From: the human T2T-CHM13v2.0 reference genome, Homo sapiens
Direction: 5' to 3' (one strand)
Assembly: GCF_009914755.1 (NCBI RefSeq)
Contig: NC_060931.1
Length of the DNA stretch: 64,000 nucleotides
In this document: positions 25,401 through 40,704 of the stretch, one piece after another
Layout of the letters: every line of letters begins with the position of its first letter
Position numbering within the stretch: position 1 is the first letter of the stretch
Made by a program: the position numbers and the translations under genes
The notes under the pieces: model-generated
The model's database searches: none
What the model was told of the DNA's origin: nothing
The model's input: only the letters and a program-made list of their open reading frames with translations

Positions 25401-27643
25401 AAAGAAGTAGGGGTGTTCTTTTTATTTATCTTTCCACGAGAATTAGGGAGTAATTGGAAGGAGCAATGGGGAGTCAGATATATGAAAAAGAACACCCAGC
25501 TATATACCACAGGCCAGAGTTAAGCATCCCACATCCGTTGTTTGAGCTTGGAACACAGCAAAGCTAGTTTGGTTGCCATGGTGACCAACGCCATGTCTCC
25601 GGGCTCATTAATCCTCTGTTCCAAACTAAGCACTTAGCAATAGCTTCTGAATAAATGCAACAAAGCTCTGCATACTGAAAAGGGCACATTCATGTTAAGC
25701 AGAGGAAAAGGGTTTTCAATTTCATTCATTAAACTTGAGTAAATAATTTAATATCTTTGTGCGTCAGTCCTCCTAGCTAATGAATAAGGATAAATGCTTA
25801 ATGGAAAATCTAGCTTAATAAAGTTAACAGCATTGGCACTACATATAAAGGAAATTGATGTTGCCGGTATACATGCATATGAAGGGGAAAACTGAAAGGA
25901 AAATAATATATATTAAGCATCTATGATGTGGCTATGTCAGGTACTTGAAAATAAAATGTTTCATTTAATCCTTGCAACAACCATGTGAGGTTGCACATTA
26001 TTCTCCTTATTTAAAAAATGAGGAATCGGAGACTCAGATAAGTTGAATCAGGCCTCAGTACAAAGCTTGTCAGATTCAAGCAGATCAAATTTTATTTGTT
26101 TTGGGTCCGTGATGCTCCCACTGTGTCTTGCTGGAAATTGAATAATGCTTATCCTTCTGGGACATTTGGCTAATTAAAAAATTAGGAGAAAAGACTGTGC
26201 TAAGGTGACACTTAATATCTAAAAGAGAAGCTTAAATGCTATATCAGAATCCTATTAGCTTAAAAAATTAACTATCCTAAGATTTTTTAAAGGCTTTTCT
26301 TAAAAAAAAAATGAGAAGGCAGCTGGGTATATTAGAAGTGTGTTTAATGAAAAGATATGAAAAACTGTCGATGTTTCTTCCGAAATGAGTCCCATCAAGG
26401 CAATCGTTTATCCCCATTCTGTCGTTTTCTAACATGAAGAATTGGAGTTGCAAAGCACACTCTCAACACAGAAACTGATCCTTTCCTTTTAAGTATCATG
26501 CCTTTATTTTGGTTTCTGGATTTGCTCCAACAAGGGTGTAGATAAGTGATTGAAAAAGATATATTGAAAATCCATTAATTCATTTTCCTTAAAATTAAAC
26601 TCTTTAATTAAAAACAACACTTTGATCAATTTCTAATTTCTACCTCCAACAATGTAATATAGCAAGGGTTAAAATAATAGAAATAACTAGGCGTATGTTA
26701 AATATCCCTGTCACTAAACTTAGATGTTAGCATTTTTCTTTTTTTCTCCAAACGCTAATTGTTTTGGTCTCACCTATACGACAATTTTAGGTCAATTTTC
26801 TCAAGTTTGGGTTGCTTACTGCAGCCAGGTGATTCCCAAGTGCTTCAGAGGAAAAGTAGTAATCACAGCCTTCTTTCCCACCTGTTAGCATTACAGGTTT
26901 CCTTCTCTGACCCACTCTCTTTAAATTCTACAATCAAAAACCATATGTGTCTTCTGTTTTGAGTTTTCAGTCTGGATGTGTTATCTTTGTTTTATAACTG
27001 GAAGCATCTGAAACCGGAAATTGAAGGATGAAATTTCCTTAGGCCTGTACTTCTTTATTTATTTTCTATCAGCACTTTAATTTGTTTCTTACTTAGGGGA
27101 GCCTGGAGCTTATTATCCTCTGAACATTTTAAATACCCATTTAGCAAAAGATATCAGACTTACAAACAGAAATGCAAGTGTTTTCTTTGTCATCTCTGTA
27201 AGTAATAACTTATGGAACATAATATAAACAATTTTAGAAGGTTTTTCCATTAAGCTAACCAAGAAAACATACAAATAGGGGAAATGATGAAAGCTCAGAA
27301 TTGGATGCTAAGAATCAAGCACATGCCAGCTTCTTGAAGTTTTTACTAATTAGAAAGCTAATGGGGACAGAATAACGGTGGACCCCTCTCTTTTCCAAGA
27401 CAAAACATTTTGTTGACAGCCCGCCCCTACCGAGAGCCACCAAGAAGTGAACGCTGCAGGGAAGGCCCAGTTAGGGAGTCCCCTGAAAGCAAATCACTCC
27501 AGCCCCCTTTTCTTTGTTTTCTTGCGGCCTCAGAATTCTGGCAGCCCTCAGCAACACTCTTGAATTAAGAGGGCCACACCAACCAAAGACCTGGGTGGTA
27601 AGAGTAGGAAGTACGTGCACTTCTCGCAAGCATAGTTGAATTA

Positions 27644-27864
<221 letters not shown>

Positions 27865-27869
27865 AACAA

Positions 27870-28066
27870 CAGCTGGATATGGCATTTATTTTGCATGCTT
27901 GGCACTTTGTCTATGCTTTCACTAATCCTCACAACTATCCTATGAGGTTAAGATTTGCAGATTAAAACACTGAGCTTGAGACAAATTGCTTAATAGTGAA
28001 ATCAGGTTTTGACTGCAGTGACCTCAATACAGAGCTCTCGTTTTGTCCACTAGGTGGTGCTGCCTT
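27870..28066 (-). mobile_element. MIR
   Basis: ggcactttg..ctaatcctcacaactatcctatgagg..ttgcagattaaaacactgag MIR core. Confidence 0.7.
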
Positions 28067-28611
28067 CCCTTTGCTACTTTAGAGTCCTGCCGCTAATGTA
28101 AATTAGTCTCGGGACTGCCTTGGGTGACTTTGCTGTTTTTGCCTTATTCTGTGGATCTCATCTCCACTGTAGACTGTATATGTCAGTCAGCAAACCTGCC
28201 ACTCCCTCAGCTTCTTCTATAACTGCCTTGCTCCCAGCCCCTGATGAAGGGGAAGCACAGGTTGCTATCTTCTGTAACACTTGATCCTCCCATGCTGTAG
28301 CCTATTAGACCAGGGGTGGTGTTCAACCAAGGGCTGGCCAGGAGGCTCGAACATGGCTTGATATGAAAAGAGGAACTCAAGGACAGTGCTTAAAAGTGAA
28401 GGTTCTGGAGTAAGACGGACTGGGTTCAGACCTTGACTATTCCATTCATGAGGGCAAAATTTAACTTCTTTGAATCTTAGCCCTCACCTACCAAATGGGG
28501 CTACGGATAATTCAAGTTGATTCTAGGGAACTCCAGCAAGGCTTTATGGATTATGTAAGGCTCTTTTCCCCCATCCCTGGACCTGTGAAAGTATCTTTAT
28601 GTTGTCTAGAA

Positions 28612-28887
28612 ATGCGTTTCCCAAAGTCCACTGTATTAAGCAATGATGCTGGAGCTGTTAATAGGTGTTTCAAAAAGAGAATTCCTTGGAAAAATAAGTC
28701 CTGGAAAATCCATGTTAAACTGGACAGATTTCCTCAATATAAACTTCTCAGAATCTTTCATGTGCTAATGTGAATTGTAAAGATACAAAGGTACATAAAA
28801 TCTACACATTTATTTAACCACAGAGCTTTTATTTTTAATCCATCTTGCAATACTAATATGCCACAGAGCAGACTTTGGGTAATGCTG
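28612..28887. mobile_element. hAT-Charlie-type MITE (MER family)
   Basis: Terminal inverted repeats gcgtttcccaaagtc ... gactttgggtaatgctg. Confidence 0.6.
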
Positions 28888-29017
28888 GCTTAGAAGAATG
28901 AAATTAGGGCCTATAGCTAGAAGGGGAACTCACATTTGGTGCAGCAAGAACTCCATTTAGCCCTGTGTACGTCAGTCTTCTTTCCAGCTTCTCTTCTGAG
29001 GGCAGATTCTATCAGTG

Positions 29018-29467
29018 CGTTAGGAAGAAAAACGACCCTCCAAAGATGTCTAAGTCCTCATCCTTGGGGCCTGTGATTACATGTTACTTGATATGGCAAA
29101 AAAAGCACTTTGCAGATGTGATTAAATTAAGAACTTTGAGATGAGGAGATTATCTTGGATTATCCATGTTGGTCATGTCTCTTTAAAATCAGGGACCTTT
29201 TTTGGCTATAGTTAGAGGAAATGTGGCTATAGAAGGAAGGTCAGAGAGATAGGATGTATAAGAGATTCTACCCACCATTGTTAGCTTTGAAGATGGAGGA
29301 AGGAGGCCATGGTCACGAAATGTGGGAAGCCTCTAGAAGCTGGAAAAGGTAAGGAAATGGACTCTTCTATACATTCTGGTTGACTTCAATCTTAGCCCAC
29401 TGTCAGGGTTTTTTTTGTTTTTTGTTTGTTTTTTTTTTTTTTTTTTTTTAGAAATCGAGCCAATAGA

Positions 29468-29500
<33 letters not shown>

Positions 29501-29968
29501 CAGAGACAGGGAATGGAATGATTTATTTTAAGGAATTGGCTCATGCAATGTGGAGGTGCAAGTCTGAAATCTGGAGGGAAGGCCAGTAGGCTGGAGACCT
29601 AGGGAATAGATACAGTCTGTTGCCAGAGCCCTTCCTTGCTTGTGGGAGGTTAGTCTTCGTTCTATGAAGACTTTCAATGGAGTGGATGAAGCCCACCCAC
29701 ATTAAGGAGAACAATCTGTTTTTAACTCAAAGTTTGCTGATTTACATGTGAATCTCATCTAGAAAAACAACATCACAGAAACATCCAGAATATTGTTTGA
29801 CCAAATAGCTAAGCAGCATGGCCCAGCCAAGTTGTTACATAAAATTAACCATTACCTCCACTGAGACTTGTGTCAGACTTCTGACCTGCATAACTGTAAA
29901 TAATCAATTTGTGTTGTTTTCAGCTGCCCAGTTTGTGGTAACTTGTGACAGCAGCAATAAGAAGCTAG
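29018..29968 (+). mobile_element. MLT1 (MaLR) LTR with nested MLT2 LTR
   Basis: ccaaagatgtc...ctttgcagatgtgattaaattaag...; MLT1 resumes after 29857 (tgagacttgtgtcagacttctgacct). Confidence 0.8.
29401..29856 (-). mobile_element. MLT2 (ERVL) LTR with internal poly(T) and (TG)n
   Basis: gatttattttaaggaattggctcatgc...aaaattaaccattac; approximate 5-bp TSD cccac/tccac. Confidence 0.75.
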
Positions 29969-31205
29969 GACTCTCACCTACCCACCCTAGGCATCCTAGG
30001 CATTACTATCTGCTATAATGTAAGTGATTTCCTTTTGAGGAATTGGTCATCTGTCTGTCAATTCTGGTCCATTTCTCTAATTCTGCCATCATCCACGAAG
30101 GATTTCGATGCTGGCATAAATTACCAGTCCAAAATCACCCTCACAACTCCTGGACCTCCACAATTCTAACAATCTGCATTTCACTCCAGGTCAGCTGTGC
30201 ACTCACATGATCTCATCCTTGGTCCTTTATGGCTCTCCAGTATTTTCGCTTCTTATCTTTCCATCATTCTCTCTCAGTTACACTGCACCAATTCTTTAAT
30301 GTCTTCATGACTCCAGTTCCTTGCCCCTTTTTGAATACAGGTCTCTCACCCTCTCTTAACGTCATTTCTTTCTCTACTCAGTCTGGGCTTCCTTGTTGAT
30401 TACTTGAATTTCTGTCTCACCGACACTATAACTTTGCCACAGTACAATCCTTCTAGATTAGCACAGACCATATACACCTCTAATACACCATTCCCTGCCT
30501 ACTATTAAATCATCTATAAAAATACAGAAAAACTTACCAAAGCCCTTTAGCAATAGCTATGTAAACTAAATATATGAACAAACTATAAACCAAAGAATGG
30601 TGAAATTTCTATTAATTACATCATAAAAATGAATGAATTTGGATGTCCCTCTTAAACAAAATGGACAGACAACCCCTCCAAGAGTTAGAGGAAGAGGTTG
30701 ACTGACATGTTCAGTGTCTGGCTTCAGGGTACACAAATTCTCCCTCCCTTTAAATTCATCATTCTGACAGGCATGCAACCTATCAGGTATTTGAAAAGAT
30801 AGTCTCAGATGATTAGTCACTACCTGTCTTACCCATTTCTCAGTGATGAAGATGGTACAAAGAAGCGCAACCTGGAGTCCATGAAAATATTCTGGCCCAG
30901 CATAGAGGGAGCCTTACCCTGACTACACACGGGAAGATAATTCTGAAATGGCCTTTCTGCAAGAAACAGACAAAAATTGTGAAGTCTTTTGCTTAATTCC
31001 ATCCAAAGTGTGAAGGGGACTTGGTCTTTATGAGACCTAAGGAGATGATGGACTGAGATAAAGGCAGAAATGCAAAGGGAGCTGGAGAAAAAACTTCCCT
31101 CTTCAATTCACCTAAGGGGCTGTTCTAAACCTTTATGTAGCCATAGCTCTAGTTTCACCAGCTGGTGACGTAGACAGTATGACACCTAGGCATCCCTGTG
31201 TTTAA

Positions 31206-31875
<670 letters not shown>

Positions 31876-33325
31876 GCAGTTGCTCTTTCTGTAAGGCACT
31901 GGTTGTAGAATAAACCCTGGTATTCCCCCTGGACTAAAGGACTCCTTACTTATTATCAAAGATGCTGGCTGCTCCAGAGATGGGCACCATCACCCTTGCT
32001 TTTGCTGCTGTTGCTGCCACTCAAAAAAGTAGGCTCACTGTTGCTTGACAAATTCCTTCTCATACAATTGGCTTCTAATAACCCAAAGCCCCATTGGTAC
32101 CACTCTCCTTCATGCCATGTTATCTCCCTGTTTCACTCCAGTCCTGCCTCCATGAGCCAGGGCCATTCACCTCTACCCCTAGGGCTGGTCCAGGCCTCCT
32201 CTTGCCTTTGAGTCCAGAACAGACAGAATTTTGTCCCTGAGTGGAGGAAGAAGTCCTTATCACTTTATCCAAACTTGTATCTTCTAAAAAAATCAGTCTT
32301 CCTCAGGGTTAACCTCTTTTTCAGTTGAATGATAATAGCAGCATTAATTTCCTTCAACGAAAACACCTTTCTGACCATAATATATGGTCTGATTTCATGA
32401 GCCCAACAGATTAGTGCAAAATAATACAGTAATGGTACATATTCCAAAGTCTGAGTTATTCAGTCTTATCTATGGTTACTTTGCAAAATTTTAATCAATG
32501 GTTTTTTGGAATTAAAAAGATAAAAAATAAAATAAATACAGGGTGACTGAGCTCAGTGTCTGCATCTTGGTTATTCTCCAATAGCATGTCTAGAAAGATA
32601 TCCTTTCTTTAAGGTTGAGTAAGTTAAAAATAAACAAAATGATAAATAAACATGGGTTCAATGAAAAAAATGTGTCTCCCAAAGGATGAGAAGCAATATT
32701 CTGTGGAGTTGGCAGATAAGCTTTGATATGAAAAAGATTTGCTTCAGGAGACAGGGGAAATAGTTTGTGATATTTGCTTCCTGTTTTCAATATGGCTTAA
32801 AAAATACGAGTAGCTGTTAAAGAAGAAGAAACTTGTCATGAGAGCAGACCAAGTGTCAAAAAGTTTGGTTTAATAAGCATTTATAAAGCCGAGCTGTTTT
32901 CCTATTCCTTCACTGGTCTTTGTTCAGTCTTATTTGCTGGATCTGCTACTCTTTTCTGTGTTTAAATATTTGCATGTCCTAGGGCTCAGTCTAAGAGGCC
33001 CTTTTCTCCATCTGAACTCAAACCTGTGTGATCCCATCTGCTTCTGTGACTTCAAATGTCATCAAATGGTGTTCACTTTCAGCTTGGTATCTCTAGCTTG
33101 AGCCTCTGCTCTGAACTCCAGACTCATCTATCCAACTATATATAATCTGTCTCCACTGGATGTTTAGTTATCCTCTCAAGCTTTCCATGTCCAGAAAGAA
33201 AGTGTTTCCTATCCCTGTGTTAATGATCATTTGCATGGTTTGTTCTTGTAGAAATGTCTGTTTATATACTTTATCCATTTTTAAATTGGGTTATTTGGCT
33301 TTTTCTATTGAGTTGTAATAGTTCT

Positions 33326-33494
33326 ATTTTTTTTGTTGTTATTGTTGGAGACAGGTTCTCACTCTGTTGCCCAGGCTGAGGTGCAGTGGAGCCATCATAG
33401 CTCACTGTAACCTCAAATTCCTGGGCTCAGGCAATCCTCCTGCCTCAGACTCCCCAAATGCTGGGACTACAGACGTTAGCCACCATGCCAGGTC
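33326..33494 (-). mobile_element. Alu monomer (AluJ/FRAM-like)
   Basis: Single-arm antisense Alu. Confidence 0.8.
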
Positions 33495-36400
33495 TAGTTT
33501 TAATAGTTCTTTATGTATTCTAGACACGAGTCTTTTATCATATATATGATGATAGAATTTGGGGACCTGTCTGTTCACAGATAAAGAGAAAATAGTAGTT
33601 TTGATTTCTCCAGGAAGTTATGTATAATAGGAAGTGCAAGGAGCAAATGATGATGCCCAAAGTGAGGCAAAAATTTAGGGAGTGAGAAGAAAGGAAATCA
33701 CAGAAAAATCATCACAGACTTTGTTTTCAGAGAGGGAGAAGAAAGCACACCCAAGGAAACTGAAAAAAAAAAAGAATTTCAAGAAATGAGTCATCAATAC
33801 CATTAGATATAGTAGAGAGGTGTGGTAACTGGAAGGTTGAAAAATGTAGATAATCAATTACAGGCCACTAGTGATCTTCGTCTGAGCAGTTCCAGTGGAG
33901 TGTGGGGACAGAGGCAAGGTTTGATGGACTGAGGAGTGTATCGGTGGTGAGACAGTGGATGTGGAAAACAGAGACCACCCTTTCAAGGAGTTCAAACAAA
34001 AAGCAATAGAAAGAAATTGGAGGTTAGCTAAAAGGGAGAAAAGAGTTGCAAAAGCTTAAGTATGCTTAGAAAATGAGGGCAAAGAGTCCATGGGAATGGA
34101 GATGTTGGGTAAATAATAGAGATAAATTACTTGTGGAGCAATGTTCTACTGCTGGGTGTATGATCAATTGCAAAGAGGAAGGTGTTGGTCTTAAATTGGA
34201 GGAGAGACCCTACTTCCCCTAAAAGGATAGAGAGAAGGTAAAGATGCTGAATTAGTCAGCATTTCTGTTTGTTTTACCAAAACCCACAGAAACTCAATTC
34301 AGCAATGGTAGAAATAACTAGTTTTCACCAATATCTTGTTCTCTTCCACTCCAGGCTCATGGAAGACCACGCTTTCTAGTCCACTTGAAGTTCAGCAGGC
34401 ATATGACTCTTCTAGCTAATGACATATGAACAAAAGAAATAAGAGTGGCTTCCAGGCTTAGACAATGAAAAGTCCATGAGGAATTTTTAAAGTCTTCTTC
34501 TCCCCATGATATTGTGATAGTGGGGCAAGCCTCAGGTAGAGATGGCGAAGCCATAAGACCAAGGCAGCTTGGAGCCCTGAGAAATCAAATGGAGGGCCTT
34601 GATTCTGAATTGCCCCTTGGAACTGCAGTGCACTATGTGACAGTGAGAAATAACCTTCTGTTGCTCTAAGCCACTGAAATATGAGTGTCTTTACAACAGC
34701 ATAATTAAGTTTATTCTGACTAAATCCTAACCTAAGGAAAAAAATTAGACTATATTGGCACTCAAGAAAGAGTTGAATGACCTAGATACCTAGATAAGGG
34801 TAAGATAGAGATTAAACTGGGTAACTGGAACCACTAACTCAAACTGAGTCCAACAAGATGATGTACAAATCTTTAACAGGGATTCCACTGCAGGAACGAC
34901 CAATGAGATTTTTTATCATTGCCACACAATTTGACCCAGAAGGTTTAGAATTGTAAGTGCAAGTGTGTTGGATGGGCCATCCACAAAGGTTTTGCAGGGT
35001 GACTTCAGGACAGAGATAAAAGGAAGACTTGAGCCAGACACCTGTGCCTTCAGGGAAAATGGGAGAGTCACTGGGAGTTAGTAAGATTATAGATAAGAAG
35101 AAATAAAGAGTAATTTCACGGGATGACATAAATCTTAAAGAATGAGGTGCACAGGTGAGGAATTAATGGTTCTTGTTGCTCTAGAAGAAGGTAGTTCTCA
35201 ACCCCAGACTCTAGAGAATGTGAGTGTTAGATAAATGAGAACTGAAAGGAAATGGTACTTCATTTAAGATTTCATTTGAGACAAGACTATGGAAGACACA
35301 AGAGAATATATTTGCCATAGAATGTAGACTGAAAGGGCAAAATTGAAACTAGAAAAAAGCAACCAACTGAAAATATGCTTTGGCGACAGTTCATGACATA
35401 CTCGACACTGTACAAAATTGCATCCTTGACAAAGAAGCAGACTTGAGAAATAATTCCAGAACATGCAGAAAATGAAAAGCCCTGAATAGAATAAAAGGGA
35501 TCTAACCTTTGAATAATAGATGTTTCTAAATAATTCGTGCTGTGAGAAGTAAGCGAGACAATATATGTAAAACTCTTAGTGAGTGCTCAAAAAAGAGCAG
35601 ACACAATTAATATTTTCATAAAAGAATGCATGACAAATGTGCTGTTCTTTATCTGCACAGAAGCCTATACCAGCCCAGCAGTGTTTTGTACTGAGGCAGG
35701 TGCAGGTCAAGGTGATGAGAGCAAGTGTAAACCAACATGGATCAAACATCTCAGATAAAATAAACAACTAATGAGGATTCTGGACTTCTACCTGAAGTTA
35801 TAGTAAATGGAACCGAATTCCTTCTCAAATCCTTACGAATAAACCATGATAATATTTTCTCCATGGTCTTTCTGACCTGTCTTAATACCTTTTCTAAGAA
35901 AAGTGTAATTTTTTAAGGTGATGTTAAAAAGGCAGCCATTAGTGATTTACTATGTTTTAAGTCATGCATTTGAGGACTGGAGTTAAAAATTTTGAGAGGG
36001 GATTTTTTTTTTCATTGACTTTAACTCACTTGATAATTGGTGGGTGGTGAATATTTTAAGCAAAAATGGTTTTATAGTTTTTAATACATAAAGAGATGTT
36101 TTCTTTTTGAATATGAACAATGTTTCAAAACAGAGTAGAATAAAAAAAATCTTCATCTAAAAAACATGCCTTGTTTGGAGATGAAATGGGTAGGTTCAGT
36201 TTGGTAAAATTAACAAAAACATCTAAGCCCAGAAAAACCTTTAATAAAATATTAAATTTCAGTGCTGGGGCATTATATTCAATGATATGCTATATCCCTG
36301 AGTCAAGGAATAATTTGAATTCTTAATTTTGAAAGTGTCCCCCCAACAGGGGCACATGTGCCTCTGACACGGTGGTGGGTACTGCACTGCAGAATCTTTA

Positions 36401-36779
36401 AGGAAGTTACGGACAAAGGGAGCAGAAACAAAATATACCATTAACAGCTGTTCAGCTGATCTCTCCAACTCTTCCAGCCAACTAAGAGACTGAACAAAGT
36501 GAAAACAATTAACACTCTGTCTACAAACTCAGGTTTATTGGAAAGTATACAAACAAGCTCAACTGGTGGAAGAATAAAAAAATAATGCTCTGTTGTTTCA
36601 GATCTCATAGAAGGCTTGGCTAAAAATGTGCCCATCAAAAGTAAATAAGTTGAGAGGGTATTCTGGAACCATAGTGACTGAATACAGAGTATTGCCCATT
36701 CTTTTCCAATCCCTACTTCTACACCTTTATCTTAGAAGCTTATTATTTAGCTTTTCATTTGCTTTTAATTTATCTGAAA

Positions 36780-39700
36780 TTAAACACACACTCCCACTCC
36801 CCACCCCCCATCCCCATCCACACACACTAGAGATGAAATCTGTGCTTTTACAACATTGTTAGTCTTTGGTTCCAATACCTTTATTAATAGTCCATTCTTT
36901 ATCCACTGCCACACCTGTCATTACAGATGCTTTCTGTAGGTAGGTCTGTTTCTAGGCTTTACGTTCTATTTCATTGGTCCAGTTTTCTCTTTATGCATCA
37001 ACACCACATTATTTTAATTAGTTTGCTTTGATATTTGGTGGGGTAAGTACCCCTTATTCACTGTCTTTTCTTTCCATCTTATTCTTTTTTAATTTTAAGA
37101 AAATTTCTTTCTCATTCTTTTTACTTCACTTTTCCAAAATTGATTTATTTTTGCTCTTTACTCTGCAAATTTTGTGGGGAAAAATGTTTGAATTGCATTG
37201 AATTTATAGATTAATTCTGAAAGAGTTGCCATCTTTACAATAATGAGTCTTTCTATTTATGAACATAGTAAAACTTTCCATTTATTGAGTCTTTTGCCTT
37301 CAATAAAAATTTTATCATTTCCTTCATAGTAGATCTTTATATATTCTGATTATGTTTTCAATACATAAAGAAATGTTTCCTTTTTGAATATGACCTTTAT
37401 TATGAAAAATAAATAAGAAAAGCCCAACCCAATGAAAAATGGGCAGAAGCTATGAAGAGACAATTCTTACAAGTGAGATTCTGTGGCCTGTAAACATATG
37501 AGAATACACTTTACTGGTAATCAGGAGAATGCAAATTAAATCAAAATACCATTTAATTGGCAAACACTAAGAAGTTTGAGAGTATCAAATGTTGGAAATG
37601 ATTTTGAACCTTTAAACTCTACTGATGGACATATACATTGATATATACACTGATGAATATAATTTAATATGGTTGAAAATGTTCATACATTACTTCCCAG
37701 TAATTCTATTTCTTCCTCTCAAGTAACTACTGCACAGTTTGAAAGATATTTACTATTGGGAAAAAGCTAAAACAACTTTACCATCCTTCATAAAGGAATA
37801 GCTAAACTGTGGTTTATACAAGGTAATTCTGTTCAGCAGTTGAAATTAAAAAAAAAAAAACAGTTCTCTATTCAAAGACATGTTGTGATGGATAAAAACA
37901 GGTTGCAAAAGTGAGATACAATGTACGTAGTTTTTTAAAACACAAAATAATAGTATATTTTTTAAATGGATACACATATAAATAGTAAAAAGAACAAAAA
38001 TTTACCAAGCAATGATAAGCATCAATTTTAGAACAGTAGTTACCTCTGTGGAGGAAAAAATTATGGGAGAAAGAAGAAAGAAAAGGGCTAGGGTTTTCTG
38101 TAAAACTCGTAGGACAGAAGAAAACTAAAGCAAATATGGTAATAATTAAATTCAGTCAAATATGGGTATGGTGTACAGGTGTCAATATTTTCTGGAATTT
38201 TCTCTATGTTTGACTATTTCATAATTCATTAAAGTCTTAGATTTGGTGCTGATGTAATAATAGATATTTAGATGCAGTAACACAACAGAGTTCTCTCTTT
38301 TATATATAAACACAAAATAATTTTGAGTTTTTAAATAACTATAGCATTTTAAATAACTACAGCTGCATTTCTAGAAATGCAGCTATGGTATAAATCAAGG
38401 AGAGGCTGAACTTTGATTTATTAGAACTTTACCAATAATTTTTTTTATTTTGGAATACCATTCATGATGGCAATGATGCTCGTGGTGTTTGAATTACAAT
38501 ATAAAACACCTCTATCAGTTCGAATATGTAGCTGTTCAAATTCTACACATGGGCTTAAGCAAATATTTCATTATATCATTTAGGATAATCTTTCCTAAAT
38601 ATTAACATATTGAATTTCACACTACATCACTGTAGTTTATTTATATTATTTGTAACCATCATAAATTTGCCTCTACATGTTAGGCAGGGCATTGTATTTA
38701 TTTTTAAAAGATTATGTGTAGATGATACTCTCTATGGCTTACACTGCAGCATAGGAAGTGTCTGGAAGGGTTGGGAAGCACTTATCTGTGTTGGTCCTCC
38801 CGTTTAGTACCAGTCTCTTTCCACACAAAGGCTTTTCAAGAAATCAAGACCATCAGGACAGGAAGGGGTCTCCATCTTCTCTGCTGAAATTCTTATCTTA
38901 TCTGTCCTGTTCATCCCATTCTCAGTGCACACAAACCAGTGTTTCTTTTGCCCACAGATGAAATCTGAAAATTCCCTCTTCTTTATCATGCAGAGAAAAT
39001 TTAATTTTTTATCTCTCTCATTTACTATAATTCTAGACTAGTTCTGGAGACCCTCTTGCATAAATTAAAAGGTTCATGAAGGAACTTCTCCCATTAAAAG
39101 TCACTTTACCCCAGAAACAATGTACTCTGCCCACTTAGAATGAAAACTGCTACAAATTTTATAGGGTATAGTTTATAGAAATGTAAAGAAAACTTTTTAG
39201 AGAAACAGACTGTATGTCTGCATGGAAGGACTCCATACTGTAAGAATGTCAATTCTTCCTAAATTGATATGTACACCAAAATAAAATCCAGACGAATCAA
39301 ATTTTAAACATTTTTTTAACATTTATAAAAACTAGATTATAATTAATCAAGATTGTTATGCAACTTCTGAAAGGAGTAGGACATTCTGGTACAAAGGAAA
39401 AGGCAAGGGAAAACTTGACAATCGAAAGTCAACATCACTGTGTTTAGGAAAAATCAAACTGGTTACAACGTTTATAGCAATTATGATAGCATAAGCTTAT
39501 ATCTTGATGAAGAGCTCATAAAAGTGCAAACAAAGCCGAACGATTTCACCTAATAAAGAGACAATGAACTAAATTTGGACAATTAACTAAAAAAGAAATA
39601 CCATTAGTTAATAATTACAGAGAAAGTGTCTAAACTCTAATAATCAAATGAATTCGGATTTTAAAAAATAAGAATTTTTGCAAGAATTTCTCTTTAAGTG

Positions 39701-40700
39701 TGTAATATACTGCTTAGTGAGGTAATTAGTCTTATGCATCACAGAGAGAGATAAAAATATAACTTTTGGTAGTTATTAATAAAGACTCTTAACATAGTTC
39801 AAATGTTTCAGCTTAATAATTCTATTTTGGGGGAATTTATTCCAAGGAAATAATCCTAAAATTTACATACAAAATTATTAATTGTAGCATTAATTTTAAG
39901 ATCAAAATTTTGGAAAAAATCAGCACAGTAGGGTAAACTTACTCTAAGGAGTATGTAGTTATTTTAAATTATGTTTAAAATGACTATATAATTACATGGA
40001 AATGCTTATAAGAGTAATATAAAAGCATTGTTGGTCAGTAAAAATATTAACGTGTCTAACTTCATTGGTAATTAGGGAAACCATTCAAATGCAATGAGAT
40101 ATCACTCTGCAACCAACAAATTGGCTAAAATTAAATAGACGGAAAATACCAATGTTGATAAGGATGTAATACAATGAGAAACCCTCACCCATGGCTTATC
40201 GGAGTGTAAGCTGGTACAACTGCTTATTTGACAGTACTTAATGAAGTTGAAGATATGCATACCCAGTGACCCAGCAATTCCACTCATAGATGTAGAGCCC
40301 AGAGAAACCCCTGCACGTGAGCACCAGAGTACAAGAATGTGCAAGAATGCCCATGGCATCAGTGCTTGGGATAGCCTGACACGGGCAATGCCCATCTGCA
40401 GTTGAATGGATAAATTGTGGATTACTCGTGCTAAAAGACAGACATAATAAAATGAACAAATGAGAACTAAACAGCACAAGACAGATTATTTTCACCAATA
40501 CAATATTGAGTGAAAGAAGCAAGTCAAAAGAATTTGTGTTTATGATTCCATTTATTCAAAGTTCAAAAATTGGAAAATGGAAGGATTTTCTGGGGCTAAG
40601 AGTGTCTAATTTCTTGACCAAGGATGTGATTAGAAGGTGATGGCTTTACAATAATTAAAAAAACTGTACATATATATTTTATATACTATGTAACGTATGT
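36780..40700. mobile_element. Mosaic of old L1 fragments in both orientations (with non-repeat gaps)
   Basis: L1 motifs at 36850-37350 (antisense), 37410-38220 and 39200-40690 (sense; gacccagcaattccactc). Confidence 0.6.
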
Positions 40701-40704
40701 TATG

